From NCBI GenBank assembly GCA_905182445.1, contig CAJJBM010000019.1, positions 1-48,161 on the forward strand: a stretch of DNA of 48,161 bases, read 5' to 3'. This document shows positions 37,784 through 48,161 of this stretch, piece after piece. Source of the stretch: Pelagibacteraceae bacterium AG-422-B15 (lineage in GTDB: Bacteria > Pseudomonadota > Alphaproteobacteria > Pelagibacterales > AG-422-B15). The position numbers were made by a program, and so were the translations under genes. How positions within the stretch are numbered: position 1 is the first letter of the stretch; the number at the start of each line of letters is the position of its first letter. Under the pieces are notes generated by a model. It was not told the DNA's origin and did no database searches. It saw only the letters and a list, made by a program, of their open reading frames with translations.

Positions 37784-39070
37784 TTAGAAATTAACAAGTA
37801 TATGTACATATATACTTGCAAAATACCCTATAGCAATAATTGGAGCCCACTTTAAGTGACCAAAAAAAGTATAATATCCCTTAGCTTGCCCCATTAAAGC
37901 AACACCAGCAGCCGATCCAATTGAAAGCATGCTTCCACCAACACCAGCAGTTAAAGTTGCTAATAACCACTGACTAACGGGCATTGTAGGGTCCATACTT
38001 AATACAGCAAACATCACAGGAATATTATCAATAATCGCCGAAAGTATTCCTACAAGTATGTTTGCATTTGTTGCCCCTAAGTCAGTATACATAAATTTAG
38101 AAGCAAGTTCTAAATAACCAATAAGACCTAAACCACTAACGGATAAGATGACACCAAAGAAGAAAAGCAAAGTATCCCATTCTATGTGAGCGATATTATC
38201 TAAAACATCATATGGCTCAGCAGCATTTTCATTTATTTTGATATAGTAACCAAAGAATAAAAGATAGGATAGCCCAGTCATCATGCCAAGAACTGGAGGC
38301 AGATGTAAGAAGTTGTGAAATGATACAGCTGTTGCAATTGTGAGTACTCCAAGCAATATTATAAATTTACCTCCAAATTTAATTTCTACATCTTTTACCT
38401 CAAGAGTAGGACGGTCGTTACCTACAAAGAAACTCATAATAACAGCCGGGATAATATAATTTACAACAGAAGGAATAATAAGCACAAAGAAAGCAAAGAA
38501 TTCTACTTTGCCAGCTTGCCAGACCATTAAAGTTGTAATATCTCCAAAAGGACTGAAAGCCCCACCAGCATTTGCTGCAACTACTATATTTATACATGCC
38601 ATAGAAATAAATTTCGGACTTGCCGATCCCACTGCCATGACAACAGCACACAATACTAAGGCTGTAGTTAGATTATCTGCAAGTGGAGACATAAAAAATG
38701 CAAGAACACCAGTAATCCAGAATAGTTGTCGATAATTAAAATTCTTCTTAATCAGCCATACTTTTAATGAATTAAATACATCTCTTTCTTCTAGAGCGGC
38801 AATATAGGTCATCGCAACAAGCAGGAAAAAAGCTAGCTCTGCATACTCTAAAAGTCCATGACGAAATGTTTCCTCAACAATCTCAACATGTGATGATCCG
38901 CCATAAGCTATTGCAATTATTGCCCAGATTGCTCCAGCAGCTAATATAACCGGCTTACTTTTTCTGAGATGAGTGAATTCTTCAGCCATTACAAAACCAT
39001 AAGCAGTAACAAATATAATTAGTGATAAGATGCCAGCCCAGTGGTTTGTTAAGTTAATTGCATGTTCCAT
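37784..39070 (-). CDS. nhaD: NhaD-family Na+/H+ antiporter
   Basis: 428 aa, polytopic; SPLADNLTTAL, FSPFGDITTLMVWQ and GGSMLSIGSAAGVALMG blocks as in Vibrio NhaD. Confidence 0.8.
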   Translation of the reverse strand: MEHAINLTNHWAGILSLIIFVTAYGFVMAEEFTHLRKSKPVILAAGAIWAIIAIAYGGSSHVEIVEETFRHGLLEYAELAFFLLVAMTYIAALEERDVFNSLKVWLIKKNFNYRQLFWITGVLAFFMSPLADNLTTALVLCAVVMAVGSASPKFISMACINIVVAANAGGAFSPFGDITTLMVWQAGKVEFFAFFVLIIPSVVNYIIPAVIMSFFVGNDRPTLEVKDVEIKFGGKFIILLGVLTIATAVSFHNFLHLPPVLGMMTGLSYLLFFGYYIKINENAAEPYDVLDNIAHIEWDTLLFFFGVILSVSGLGLIGYLELASKFMYTDLGATNANILVGILSAIIDNIPVMFAVLSMDPTMPVSQWLLATLTAGVGGSMLSIGSAAGVALMGQAKGYYTFFGHLKWAPIIAIGYFASIYVHILVNF

Positions 39071-39073
39071 ATT

Positions 39074-40618
39074 TTAATTGATTCTTATTTTTAATTTCGT
39101 CAGCAATTTATATGATATCACAAAATAAATGAAGCAATATATTAAAAAAAGTAACGCAACCGCTTGTGACTCTTGAATCTGATAACTTCCCATCAATCTA
39201 AACATTAATAATGATAAGGTGGAGAAATTATTAGTACCAAAAAAAGAAATAATAACTAAATCACTTGTTGAAATTACTGAAGTGACAACAAAAGCAGTAA
39301 TTACTGGAATTTTGATTACAGGCCACTCAATAAGTATAAATCTCGTTAAACCTTTTAACCCTAAACTCTGACTAAGAAAGTCTTGTTCAAAAAAAATTTT
39401 ATAAAAAGAAGATTTTATTAAACTGTACGAAAGGGGAATTGTAAAAACTGCATTGATTAAAATCACAATCCATAAACCTGGATTTAGAATTCCTAAATAC
39501 TGTCTAAATAAAATAAAAAAACCACTACTTATTAAGACTGGAGAAAAAACTAGCAATAGATAGATATAAGTTTCAAATACAACGAAACGTTTTAATGAAT
39601 TTTTTATAAAAATATTTTTCCCAAAAGAAAGTAAACCTAATGTTAATATTATAGACAATAATCCTGAAGCAACACTAATTATAAATGTATAAGTTAAAGC
39701 AATTAAAAAACTTTTTGAAAATGCTATTTTTAATAATTTTGGTGACTGTATACCGTCTAAAATTATTGTGACCAGAGGGGAGAATGCAAACATAATAAAA
39801 AGTAGTAATAGCAAATAATCAGGCAAATATCTTATTGAATAAGTATTTGTAACTGAGGCTCTATTTTCTGAAAGTGTAAAAAATGAAATTCTATTTTGAA
39901 ATAAAAATATTAATAAAAAAACCAAGCATATAATTATTTGAATGAACGCTAAATTTATTGCTTTGGTAAAATCGTATTCAAATAACAAAGCTTGATATAT
40001 AGATATTTCTAGTGTGGAAAAATTTGGTCCTCCGCCAAAAATAATTACAGGAGCAAAACTCATGAAACATAAAATAAAAACCATTGTAAGGATAGTTGGA
40101 AGTGTTTTTTTAATAGCTGGCCATTCTATAGTTTTAAATAATGCAAATCCTTCTAATCCATTATGCTTAGCTAAACTCCATTCATCATGACTTATATCTT
40201 GAAGTGATTGAAATATTATTCGAGTAACAAAAGGAAAGTTCAGTAGCACATGAGCAATAATAATGCCTAATATGCCATAAATATTAAGATCAAAAAATTC
40301 AAGAATGTAATTTAGATAACCAGAATTGCCATATATAGAAATTATACCTAGAACTATGATGATGGTAGGAAGAATAAATGTAAAAGATAAAAAATTAACC
40401 AGTGAGTTAATTCCATGAATATAACTATGTTTAAATAGTAAATGAGCAAATAATATTCCCATGCATACACTTACAATAGAAGAAATTATTGCCTGAAATA
40501 TTGAGAATTTAATTACATTTAGATAGTAGGGTTGGTAGCTACTTAAAATAGAATTAAAATCATAATACAATAATATTGTTAATAACGGTGCTATTAAAGT
40601 AATAATAATTATTACCAA
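39074..40618 (-). CDS. thiP: Thiamine ABC transporter permease (double-domain ThiP)
   Basis: 514 aa; two tandem ABC permease (MalFG-type) halves. Located directly downstream of thiB, which sits behind a TPP riboswitch. Confidence 0.85.
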   Translation of the reverse strand: MVIIIITLIAPLLTILLYYDFNSILSSYQPYYLNVIKFSIFQAIISSIVSVCMGILFAHLLFKHSYIHGINSLVNFLSFTFILPTIIIVLGIISIYGNSGYLNYILEFFDLNIYGILGIIIAHVLLNFPFVTRIIFQSLQDISHDEWSLAKHNGLEGFALFKTIEWPAIKKTLPTILTMVFILCFMSFAPVIIFGGGPNFSTLEISIYQALLFEYDFTKAINLAFIQIIICLVFLLIFLFQNRISFFTLSENRASVTNTYSIRYLPDYLLLLLFIMFAFSPLVTIILDGIQSPKLLKIAFSKSFLIALTYTFIISVASGLLSIILTLGLLSFGKNIFIKNSLKRFVVFETYIYLLLVFSPVLISSGFFILFRQYLGILNPGLWIVILINAVFTIPLSYSLIKSSFYKIFFEQDFLSQSLGLKGLTRFILIEWPVIKIPVITAFVVTSVISTSDLVIISFFGTNNFSTLSLLMFRLMGSYQIQESQAVALLFLIYCFIYFVISYKLLTKLKIRIN

Positions 40619-40665
40619 TGAAAATAATGGAAAAATATTTTTATACAGAATAAATATCTATTCTG

Positions 40666-41646
40666 TTACTGGGAATTTAACCATTCGTTTATCCAATTTT
40701 TTTTTGATGCATGAACTAACTCTGGCCTTATAAGCAATTTATTATTTGATTGAGTGAGTTGTTTGTATGCCTCAGGTAGTTCAATATTTGTAACAGGATA
40801 CATTATATTTTTTGTTGGAATTTCTGATTGAAATTCATTTGAAGATATAAAATTCATAAATTTTTGTGCAAGTTTAAAATTTTGACTAGATTTTAAAATT
40901 CCAGCAACTTCAATTTGCATATAGTGCCCTTCAGCAAAGCTTGCTGCTTTGTATTTATTGGTTTCTTCATACATAAGATGATACGCAGGAGATGTAGTGT
41001 AGCTTAAAACCATATCAGCCTCATTTTCTAAAAACATTCCGTAGGCCTCACTCCATCCAGGCGTATAAGTTATAATTTTATCATTAAGACTTTGCCATGC
41101 ATTTGGAGAATCTTTACCATAAATAGACTTTACCCATAACAGCAATCCTAAACCAGGAGTGCTAGTTCTTGGATCTTGAACAATAATTTTAATGTCATCT
41201 CTATCTATAAGTTCCGCCATAGATTTTGGAGGGTTTAATAATTTGGTATCATCATAAATAAATGCAAACTGTCCATAATCATAAGGAGTAAAATAATCAT
41301 TTTTCCAATCTATGTTAAGCTCTGGATCAATAGCATGTTTTATGAATAAGTTAGTTTTTTCAGCATCTATTAAAAAATTTTGATCAAATCCAAGGACTAT
41401 ATCTGCATTTGATTGTGTTCCTTCTAATTGAATCTTGGTCAAGAGTGTTGCTGCATTGCTAGTTGCAATAAATTCAATTGTACAATCACAATTTTTTTCA
41501 AAAGCACTTTTAATCGAGGGACCAGGACCCCATTCGGCAGCAAAAGAGTCATATGTGTAAATAATTAATGTCTTGTTTTCTGCAAAAATATTTGATGATG
41601 TTAGCAGTAATAATATTACAGCTATTATATTAGATAAATTTTTCAT
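40666..41646 (-). CDS. thiB: Thiamine/TPP-binding periplasmic protein (ThiB/TbpA)
   Basis: 326 aa; signal peptide, then LIIYTYDSFAAEWGPGPSIKSAFEKNCDC, closely matching E. coli TbpA (LTVYTYDSFAADWGPGP...). Confidence 0.88.
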   Translation of the reverse strand: MKNLSNIIAVILLLLTSSNIFAENKTLIIYTYDSFAAEWGPGPSIKSAFEKNCDCTIEFIATSNAATLLTKIQLEGTQSNADIVLGFDQNFLIDAEKTNLFIKHAIDPELNIDWKNDYFTPYDYGQFAFIYDDTKLLNPPKSMAELIDRDDIKIIVQDPRTSTPGLGLLLWVKSIYGKDSPNAWQSLNDKIITYTPGWSEAYGMFLENEADMVLSYTTSPAYHLMYEETNKYKAASFAEGHYMQIEVAGILKSSQNFKLAQKFMNFISSNEFQSEIPTKNIMYPVTNIELPEAYKQLTQSNNKLLIRPELVHASKKNWINEWLNSQ

Positions 41647-41650
41647 TTTT

Positions 41651-41734
41651 ATTCTTCCTCCGCTGGCATTATCCAGATCAGGTTAGTGGGTCGTTACTTT
41701 TATTAGTAACCTCTCAGCAAGTGCTCCCCAGGTT
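41651..41734 (-). promoter_or_regulatory. TPP (THI-box) riboswitch controlling thiB
   Basis: The minus strand reads CUGGGGAGCACUUGCUGAGAGGUUACUAAUAAAAGUAACGACCCACUAACCUGAUCUGGAUAAUGCCAGCGGAGGAAG. It has the GGGG.GC...CUGAGA box, P3 stem GUUACU/AGUAAC, and the universally conserved ACCUGAUCUGGAUAAUGCCAGCG block. The 3' GGAGGAAG is the thiB SD, 7 nt before the AUG. Confidence 0.95.
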
Positions 41735-41790
41735 GATATATGTTACATATATTATATATTCTTTATCTCAAGTCGAATACAATAAAAAAC

Positions 41791-42243
41791 ATGAATCATT
41801 TGTTAGATAAAAATAAATATACTAAAGATTCAGATCCATCACCATTTTCAGAACTTAATGGCCCATTTTATACCCAAGTTATAAATGATAAAATATATAA
41901 AGGTTTTGAGGTTGCAAAGAAAAATTGCAATAAAGCAATGATTGCTCATGGTGGAATTCTAGTAGCTTTTGCAGACAGTGTTATGGGTTATACCGCATGG
42001 GAAAAAAATCAATTGCCTTGTTTAACTGCAAAGATCAATGGTAATTATATTGCACCTGCCAAAGAAGGTGCTTGGGTCTACGGTTACGCAGAGATAGTTA
42101 GAACTACTAATGAAATTACTTTTACAACATGCAAGTTGTTGATAAATGAAAAGGTTATATTTACAGCGGATGGGATCTTTAAAATTCTTATAAACAAAGA
42201 AGGCAAGAGTACTTCTTCTGCCTATCCTTTTTACGCAGATTAG
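41791..42243 (+). CDS. PaaI/hotdog-fold thioesterase family protein
   Basis: The IAHGGILVAFADSVMG motif is typical of PaaI-type thioesterases. The track start 41740 would abut the riboswitch, so the ATG at 41791 (MNHLLDK...) is preferred. Confidence 0.7.
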   Translation: MNHLLDKNKYTKDSDPSPFSELNGPFYTQVINDKIYKGFEVAKKNCNKAMIAHGGILVAFADSVMGYTAWEKNQLPCLTAKINGNYIAPAKEGAWVYGYAEIVRTTNEITFTTCKLLINEKVIFTADGIFKILINKEGKSTSSAYPFYAD

Positions 42244-42308
42244 TTTTTAGAAATAACTTTTTAACCTATTGCAGTATAAGAATATATTGTTTACATTCAC
42301 CTTGATTT

Positions 42309-42385
42309 CGGGGCGTAGCGCAGTCTGGTAGCGCACCTGGTTTGGGACCAGGGGGTCGCAAGTTCGAATCTTGCCGCCCCGACCA
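42309..42385 (+). tRNA. tRNA-Pro (anticodon UGG)
   Basis: Acceptor CGGGGCG/CGCCCCG, D-arm GCGC-AGTCTGGTA-GCGC, anticodon arm CCTGG-TT-TGG-GA-CCAGG, T-arm GCAAG-TTCGAAT-CTTGC, encoded CCA. Confidence 0.95.
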
Positions 42386-42420
42386 ATATTAAATTTCAAA
42401 TTTTTTTAATTAAATTAGTT

Positions 42421-42442
42421 TAGAATCATTATAATTGTTCTA
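42421..42442. promoter_or_regulatory. Near-palindromic Fur/PerR-like operator candidate upstream of katG
   Basis: TAGAATCATTATAATTGTTCTA has 18 of 22 positions self-complementary. The core AATCATTAT resembles half of the Fur-box consensus and overlaps a TATAAT hexamer (42430..42435). It lies about 45 nt upstream of the katG ATG. Confidence 0.35.
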
Positions 42443-42478
42443 TATTATATGATTAACTAATTTAAAGACGGAAAGTAA

Positions 42479-44626
<2,148 letters not shown>

Positions 44627-44646
44627 AACTTTCAATCATTGAGTTC

Positions 44647-45711
44647 TTGTCAAATTTTTATAGAATAGCATCTATGACTACTCCGTTAAAATCAGGATTT
44701 CGAATGCCTGCCGAATGGGAGGAACACGAGTGCTGCTGGATGCAATGGCCTACAGAGTCTTTTCCTTCTAATGCAACACCATCTTGGTCACATTTTGATC
44801 TAGAAAAAGCCAGAATAGCATGGGCGAATGTAGCAAATTCAATAAACAGATTTGAACAATTAAAAATGATTGTTCACCCAAATGATTATCAAAGTGCTTT
44901 AAAATTACTTGGTCAAAATGTGAAAATTATAAAAACACCAATTGACGACGCATGGTGTCGTGACTCAGGTGCTATTTTTCTTTTGAATAATAAAAATCAG
45001 CTAGCAGGAGTTGACTCTGATTTTAATTGTTGGGGTTATAAAGAAAATTTTGAACGGGATGATAAAGTTGCAAAATTTATGATCAATGAGTCTAATGCAA
45101 TTTATTTTAAAAATAATATGGTCTTAGAAGGAGGCTCTATTCATGTGAACGGTAATGGAACACTTATTACAACTGAACAATGTTTACTGCATGAAAATAG
45201 AAACCCTAATCTTTCAAAAAATGAAATTGAAAACAATTTAAAAGAGTATTTTGGGGTGACTAAGATTATTTGGTTAAAACATGGTACCGATGAAGGTACT
45301 AATGGACACATTGATAATGTTGCTTGTTTTACAGATCAAAATACTGTCTTAGCTATGACATGTTCTGATAAAGATGACACATACTATGAACTTTTATCTG
45401 AAAATTTGGATATATTAAAATCATCGGTCGATCAGGATAATAATCCACTTAAAATTGTTGAAATTGAAATGTCAAAAAAAAGATTCATCCCTGGAGATGA
45501 TGAGCCAAGCTCATATATTAATTTTTATATAGCGAACGGTGCAATAATCCTTCCTTTCTTTGGAGATGATGTGGCTGATCAAAATGCTATGAATATAATT
45601 AAAGCGCAATTCCCAAATAGACAAATTGAAAGCCTTAATGGACATGATATACTGATGGGCGGTGGAAATATTCACTGTATAACACAACAACAACCAAAGG
45701 CGGCGTCATGA
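44647..45711 (+). CDS. aguA: Agmatine deiminase
   Basis: FRMPAEWEEHECCWMQWP near the N-terminus and catalytic Cys in GGGNIHCITQQQP. The TTG at 44647 is the track start; the ATG at 44674 (MTTPLKSGF...) is at least as likely. Confidence 0.88.
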   Translation: MSNFYRIASMTTPLKSGFRMPAEWEEHECCWMQWPTESFPSNATPSWSHFDLEKARIAWANVANSINRFEQLKMIVHPNDYQSALKLLGQNVKIIKTPIDDAWCRDSGAIFLLNNKNQLAGVDSDFNCWGYKENFERDDKVAKFMINESNAIYFKNNMVLEGGSIHVNGNGTLITTEQCLLHENRNPNLSKNEIENNLKEYFGVTKIIWLKHGTDEGTNGHIDNVACFTDQNTVLAMTCSDKDDTYYELLSENLDILKSSVDQDNNPLKIVEIEMSKKRFIPGDDEPSSYINFYIANGAIILPFFGDDVADQNAMNIIKAQFPNRQIESLNGHDILMGGGNIHCITQQQPKAAS

Positions 45712-46577
45712 GAGAAGTAACTTTTGCAGCAACCCAAATGGCTTGTAGCAATAATCCGAAAGATAATATAGATCAGGCAGTTAATTTAATTGAACAAGCG
45801 GCAAAAAAAGGGGCAAATGTTATCTTGATTCAAGAGCTATTCGAACATCAATATTTTTGCAAAGATCAAAAAGAAGAATTTTTTAATTTAGCCGTTCCTT
45901 TTAAAGATAATCCAACAATTAATTTGATGTCAAAAGTTGCTAAAGAAAAAAACGTAGTACTTCCAGTAAGTTTTTTTGAAAAAGCTAATAAAGCCTACTT
46001 TAACTCTGCGGCAATGATTGATAGCGATGGAACCATTTTAGGTAAGTATCGAAAGTCTCACATACCCGATGGCCCTGGTTATCAAGAAAAATTTTATTTT
46101 AATCCTGGTAATACTGGGTTTAAAGTTTGGGATACTAAATTTTGTAAGATTGGATTAGGAATTTGTTGGGATCAGTGGTTCCCAGAGGCAGCAAGAATTA
46201 TGGCTTTACAGGGCGCTGAAGTTCTTTTATATCCAACAGCTATTGGTGGAGAACCAGATGATGACTTTGACAGTTCTGATATGTGGCAAAAAGCAATGAT
46301 TGGTCATTCTGCCACTAATCAAATCCCAGTAGTTGCATCAAACAGAATTGGTACAGAGAAGGGTATTGAAATTTCAAATTTTTTCTACGGAAGGTCTTTT
46401 GTTACTGACTATACAGGAAACATTGTTGCAGAGGGCTCTAGAGATAAAGAGGAAATTTTATTAGCCACTGTTGACTTAGATAAAGCAGAAAGTCTTCGAC
46501 GCGTGTGGGGAAATTTTCGTGACAGAAGAACGGATTTGTACAAAACATTGCTAGACTTAGATGGTTCAGAATTATGA
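45708..46577 (+). CDS. aguB: N-carbamoylputrescine amidase
   Basis: 289 aa; nitrilase-superfamily Glu-Lys-Cys triad contexts (IQELF, YRKSHIP, GICWDQWFPE). 4-nt overlap with aguA. Confidence 0.88.
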   Translation: MREVTFAATQMACSNNPKDNIDQAVNLIEQAAKKGANVILIQELFEHQYFCKDQKEEFFNLAVPFKDNPTINLMSKVAKEKNVVLPVSFFEKANKAYFNSAAMIDSDGTILGKYRKSHIPDGPGYQEKFYFNPGNTGFKVWDTKFCKIGLGICWDQWFPEAARIMALQGAEVLLYPTAIGGEPDDDFDSSDMWQKAMIGHSATNQIPVVASNRIGTEKGIEISNFFYGRSFVTDYTGNIVAEGSRDKEEILLATVDLDKAESLRRVWGNFRDRRTDLYKTLLDLDGSEL

Positions 46578-46852
46578 TTGTAAAAATTTATAAACCTGCA
46601 AAAACTGCAATGCAGTCCGGAAAAGCAAAAACAAGACTTTGGCATTTACAGGTTACGGATGATAGCAACCAATCACAAGATCCTTTAATTGGTTATCATG
46701 GTGGTTCAAGCACAAAAAATCAGGTCAAACTTCAATTTGATACTCAAGAAGATGCAATAAACTTTGCCAAATCTAAGAATTACGATTATGAAGTCATTGA
46801 AGCGTCTGCTAGGAAGGTTATAAAGAAATCTTATGCAGATAATTTTAAATAA
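46574..46852 (+). CDS. NDUFS4-like 'ETC complex I subunit conserved region' protein
   Basis: 92 aa; KIYKPAKTAMQSGKAKT..W.L......DPLIGY.G...T..QVKLQFDTQEDAINFA follows the bacterial NDUFS4-homologue pattern common in alphaproteobacteria. Confidence 0.75.
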   Translation: MIVKIYKPAKTAMQSGKAKTRLWHLQVTDDSNQSQDPLIGYHGGSSTKNQVKLQFDTQEDAINFAKSKNYDYEVIEASARKVIKKSYADNFK

Positions 46853-46856
46853 TAAT

Positions 46857-46932
<76 letters not shown>

Positions 46933-47000
46933 TTATTTCACTCTTAATTTTAATTTTATCATTTTTAGTAAACCCAACTATTTTAAGAGCGGAAGAGCCT

Positions 47001-47555
47001 TTGGAATTATTTTTAGGTGGGAATGAACAGCAAGCAATCAATCTTTGGAAACAAGAGTCTAAGTTGGGAGATATTAATTCAATGTATGCCCTTGGAATTA
47101 TTTTTTATGACTCAGACGTAACTGGTCTTTGCCAAAGAATAGAAGATATCCTTTGTAAATCTAACTTTAAATCAGGCGTTAAATATTTTAAGATGGCTCA
47201 TGACGCTGGTGATGTAAGAGCAACTTATGCTTTAGGTGAGCATTATGATTATTTTCGTAAATATAAAAAAGCATTTAATTTCTATTTGAAGGCCGCACTT
47301 GAAGGTGTGCCTGAAGCTCAATTTAATACTGCCAGTATGTACGAACATGGAGAGGGTACCAAGCAAGATACAGTTCAGGCTGTCAGATGGTACTTACAAT
47401 GTAACGAAACTAAGCTATGTTTACAAAAAGAAAAAGGCATATCAGATCTCATTGATCAAATTTCAATTGAAGAACTTGATTTTGCAAAATCACTTCTTGT
47501 TATAGATCAAACTCCAATAAATATAAGGCTTTCAAGCGTTTCAATCGAAAAATAA
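47001..47555 (+). CDS. Sel1/TPR-like repeat protein (start uncertain)
   Basis: Three to four Sel1-type repeats (SMYALGIIFYD, ATYALGEHYDY, AQFNTASMYEHGEGTKQDTVQAVRWY). The 240-aa track ORF (46833..) reads through tRNA-Arg and is not credible as drawn. The first canonical start after the tRNA is TTG 47001, preceded by GGAAGAG. Confidence 0.7.
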   Translation: MELFLGGNEQQAINLWKQESKLGDINSMYALGIIFYDSDVTGLCQRIEDILCKSNFKSGVKYFKMAHDAGDVRATYALGEHYDYFRKYKKAFNFYLKAALEGVPEAQFNTASMYEHGEGTKQDTVQAVRWYLQCNETKLCLQKEKGISDLIDQISIEELDFAKSLLVIDQTPINIRLSSVSIEK

Positions 47556-47569
47556 GTATCTACACAAGA

Positions 47570-47597
47570 TGTAGTGGACTTACTAACAGTCACTACA
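47570..47597 (+). terminator. Strong hairpin after the Sel1-repeat gene (possible terminator or leader structure of the following gene)
   Basis: TGTAGTG-g-AC (47570..47579) pairs with GT-CACTACA (47589..47597) to give 9 bp with one bulge and a 9-nt loop. It is followed by tgatattgttt, an imperfect U-tract. Confidence 0.35.
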
Positions 47598-47705
47598 TGA
47601 TATTGTTTAAAGAGTGCGATTTATTTGTTTGGTAATTAAACATACATGTGCTTAAATTGAGATTAACGTTTTAATTTAATTAAATTATAGAAAAGGAAAT
47701 ATGAT

Positions 47706-48161
47706 ATGAAAATATTAAAAATATCAGCCCTTCTAGCATTAGTTTCATTTTTTACCGCACCAGCAATAGCTGGTACTTTGGAAGATGTACAATCTAGAGG
47801 CTATGTAAAATGTGGTGTTACTACAGGTTTACTTGGCTTTGCTGCTCCTGATGATTCAGGTAAGTGGTCAGGTTTTGACGTAGACGTATGTCGTGCCGTA
47901 GCCGCAGCTGTGCTTGGAGATTCAAGCAAAGTTGAATTTACAACAACAACAGGTAAAACAAGATTTCCAACTCTTGCGTCAGGTGAAATTGATGTATTAG
48001 CTAGAAACACAACATGGACTTTTAGTCGTGATGTAAATCTTGGTTTTGAGTTTGTTGGTGTTAACTACTATGATGGTCAAGGCTTTCTTGTACCTTCATC
48101 TTTAGGTGTTAACTCAGCTACTGAATTAGATGGTGCTTCTGTTTGTATTCAAACTGGTACT
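47706..48161 (+). CDS. aapJ: General L-amino-acid ABC transporter substrate-binding protein (AapJ/YhdW type), N-terminal 152 codons; runs off the window
   Basis: Not in the track (no stop in window). ATG 47706 preceded by AAAGGAA. Signal peptide MKILKISALLALVSFFTAPAIA, then GTLEDVQSRGYVKCGVTTGLLGFAAPDDSGKWSGFDVDVCRAVAAAVLGD...GEIDVLARNTTWT...GVNYYDGQGFLV, closely matching Rhizobium AapJ as I recall it. Confidence 0.85.
   Translation, partial: MKILKISALLALVSFFTAPAIAGTLEDVQSRGYVKCGVTTGLLGFAAPDDSGKWSGFDVDVCRAVAAAVLGDSSKVEFTTTTGKTRFPTLASGEIDVLARNTTWTFSRDVNLGFEFVGVNYYDGQGFLVPSSLGVNSATELDGASVCIQTGT

Noticed and set aside
41736-41752. Perfect 8-1-8 palindrome ATATATGT-T-ACATATAT between the TPP riboswitch and the thioesterase gene
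   Set aside because: It is built largely from (AT)n-like low-complexity sequence in a divergent promoter region of a ~30% GC genome. It most likely reflects overlapping -10-like elements rather than a specific operator, and I have no supporting second copy.

Overview
This is an AT-rich (roughly 30% G+C by eye), extremely gene-dense chromosomal segment with alphaproteobacterial housekeeping synteny. It is most consistent with a streamlined SAR11/Pelagibacterales-like genome. That assignment is an inference from composition, gene order and an AapJ/YhdW-type amino-acid binding protein, and I cannot verify it without a database search.

I call 55 CDS. Two are partial at the window edges and are missing from the ORF track because they lack a stop in the window. 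I also call 3 tRNAs (Glu-UUC, Pro-UGG, Arg-UCU), one unambiguous TPP riboswitch in front of thiB-thiP, and one candidate SAM-type riboswitch or attenuator with a leader terminator in front of metY. A few hairpin terminators and promoter/operator candidates are listed at low confidence. Most genes abut or overlap by 1-12 nt.

I see no rRNA, CRISPR array, transposase, integrase, phage, toxin-antitoxin or recognisable defence genes. I did not find a convincing new multi-gene system, and the window reads as core genome.

The observations most worth a second look:
- the structured metY leader
- the TPP-riboswitch thiB-thiP unit, which lacks thiQ and runs straight into nhaD and gpx
- a katG next to tRNA-Pro, preceded by a Fur/PerR-like palindrome
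- a RibB fusion whose GTP-cyclohydrolase-II-like domain has lost its catalytic residues (RibBX type)
- duplicated GC-rich palindromes acting as compact terminators at convergent gene ends
- an ORF that reads straight through tRNA-Arg into a Sel1-repeat gene
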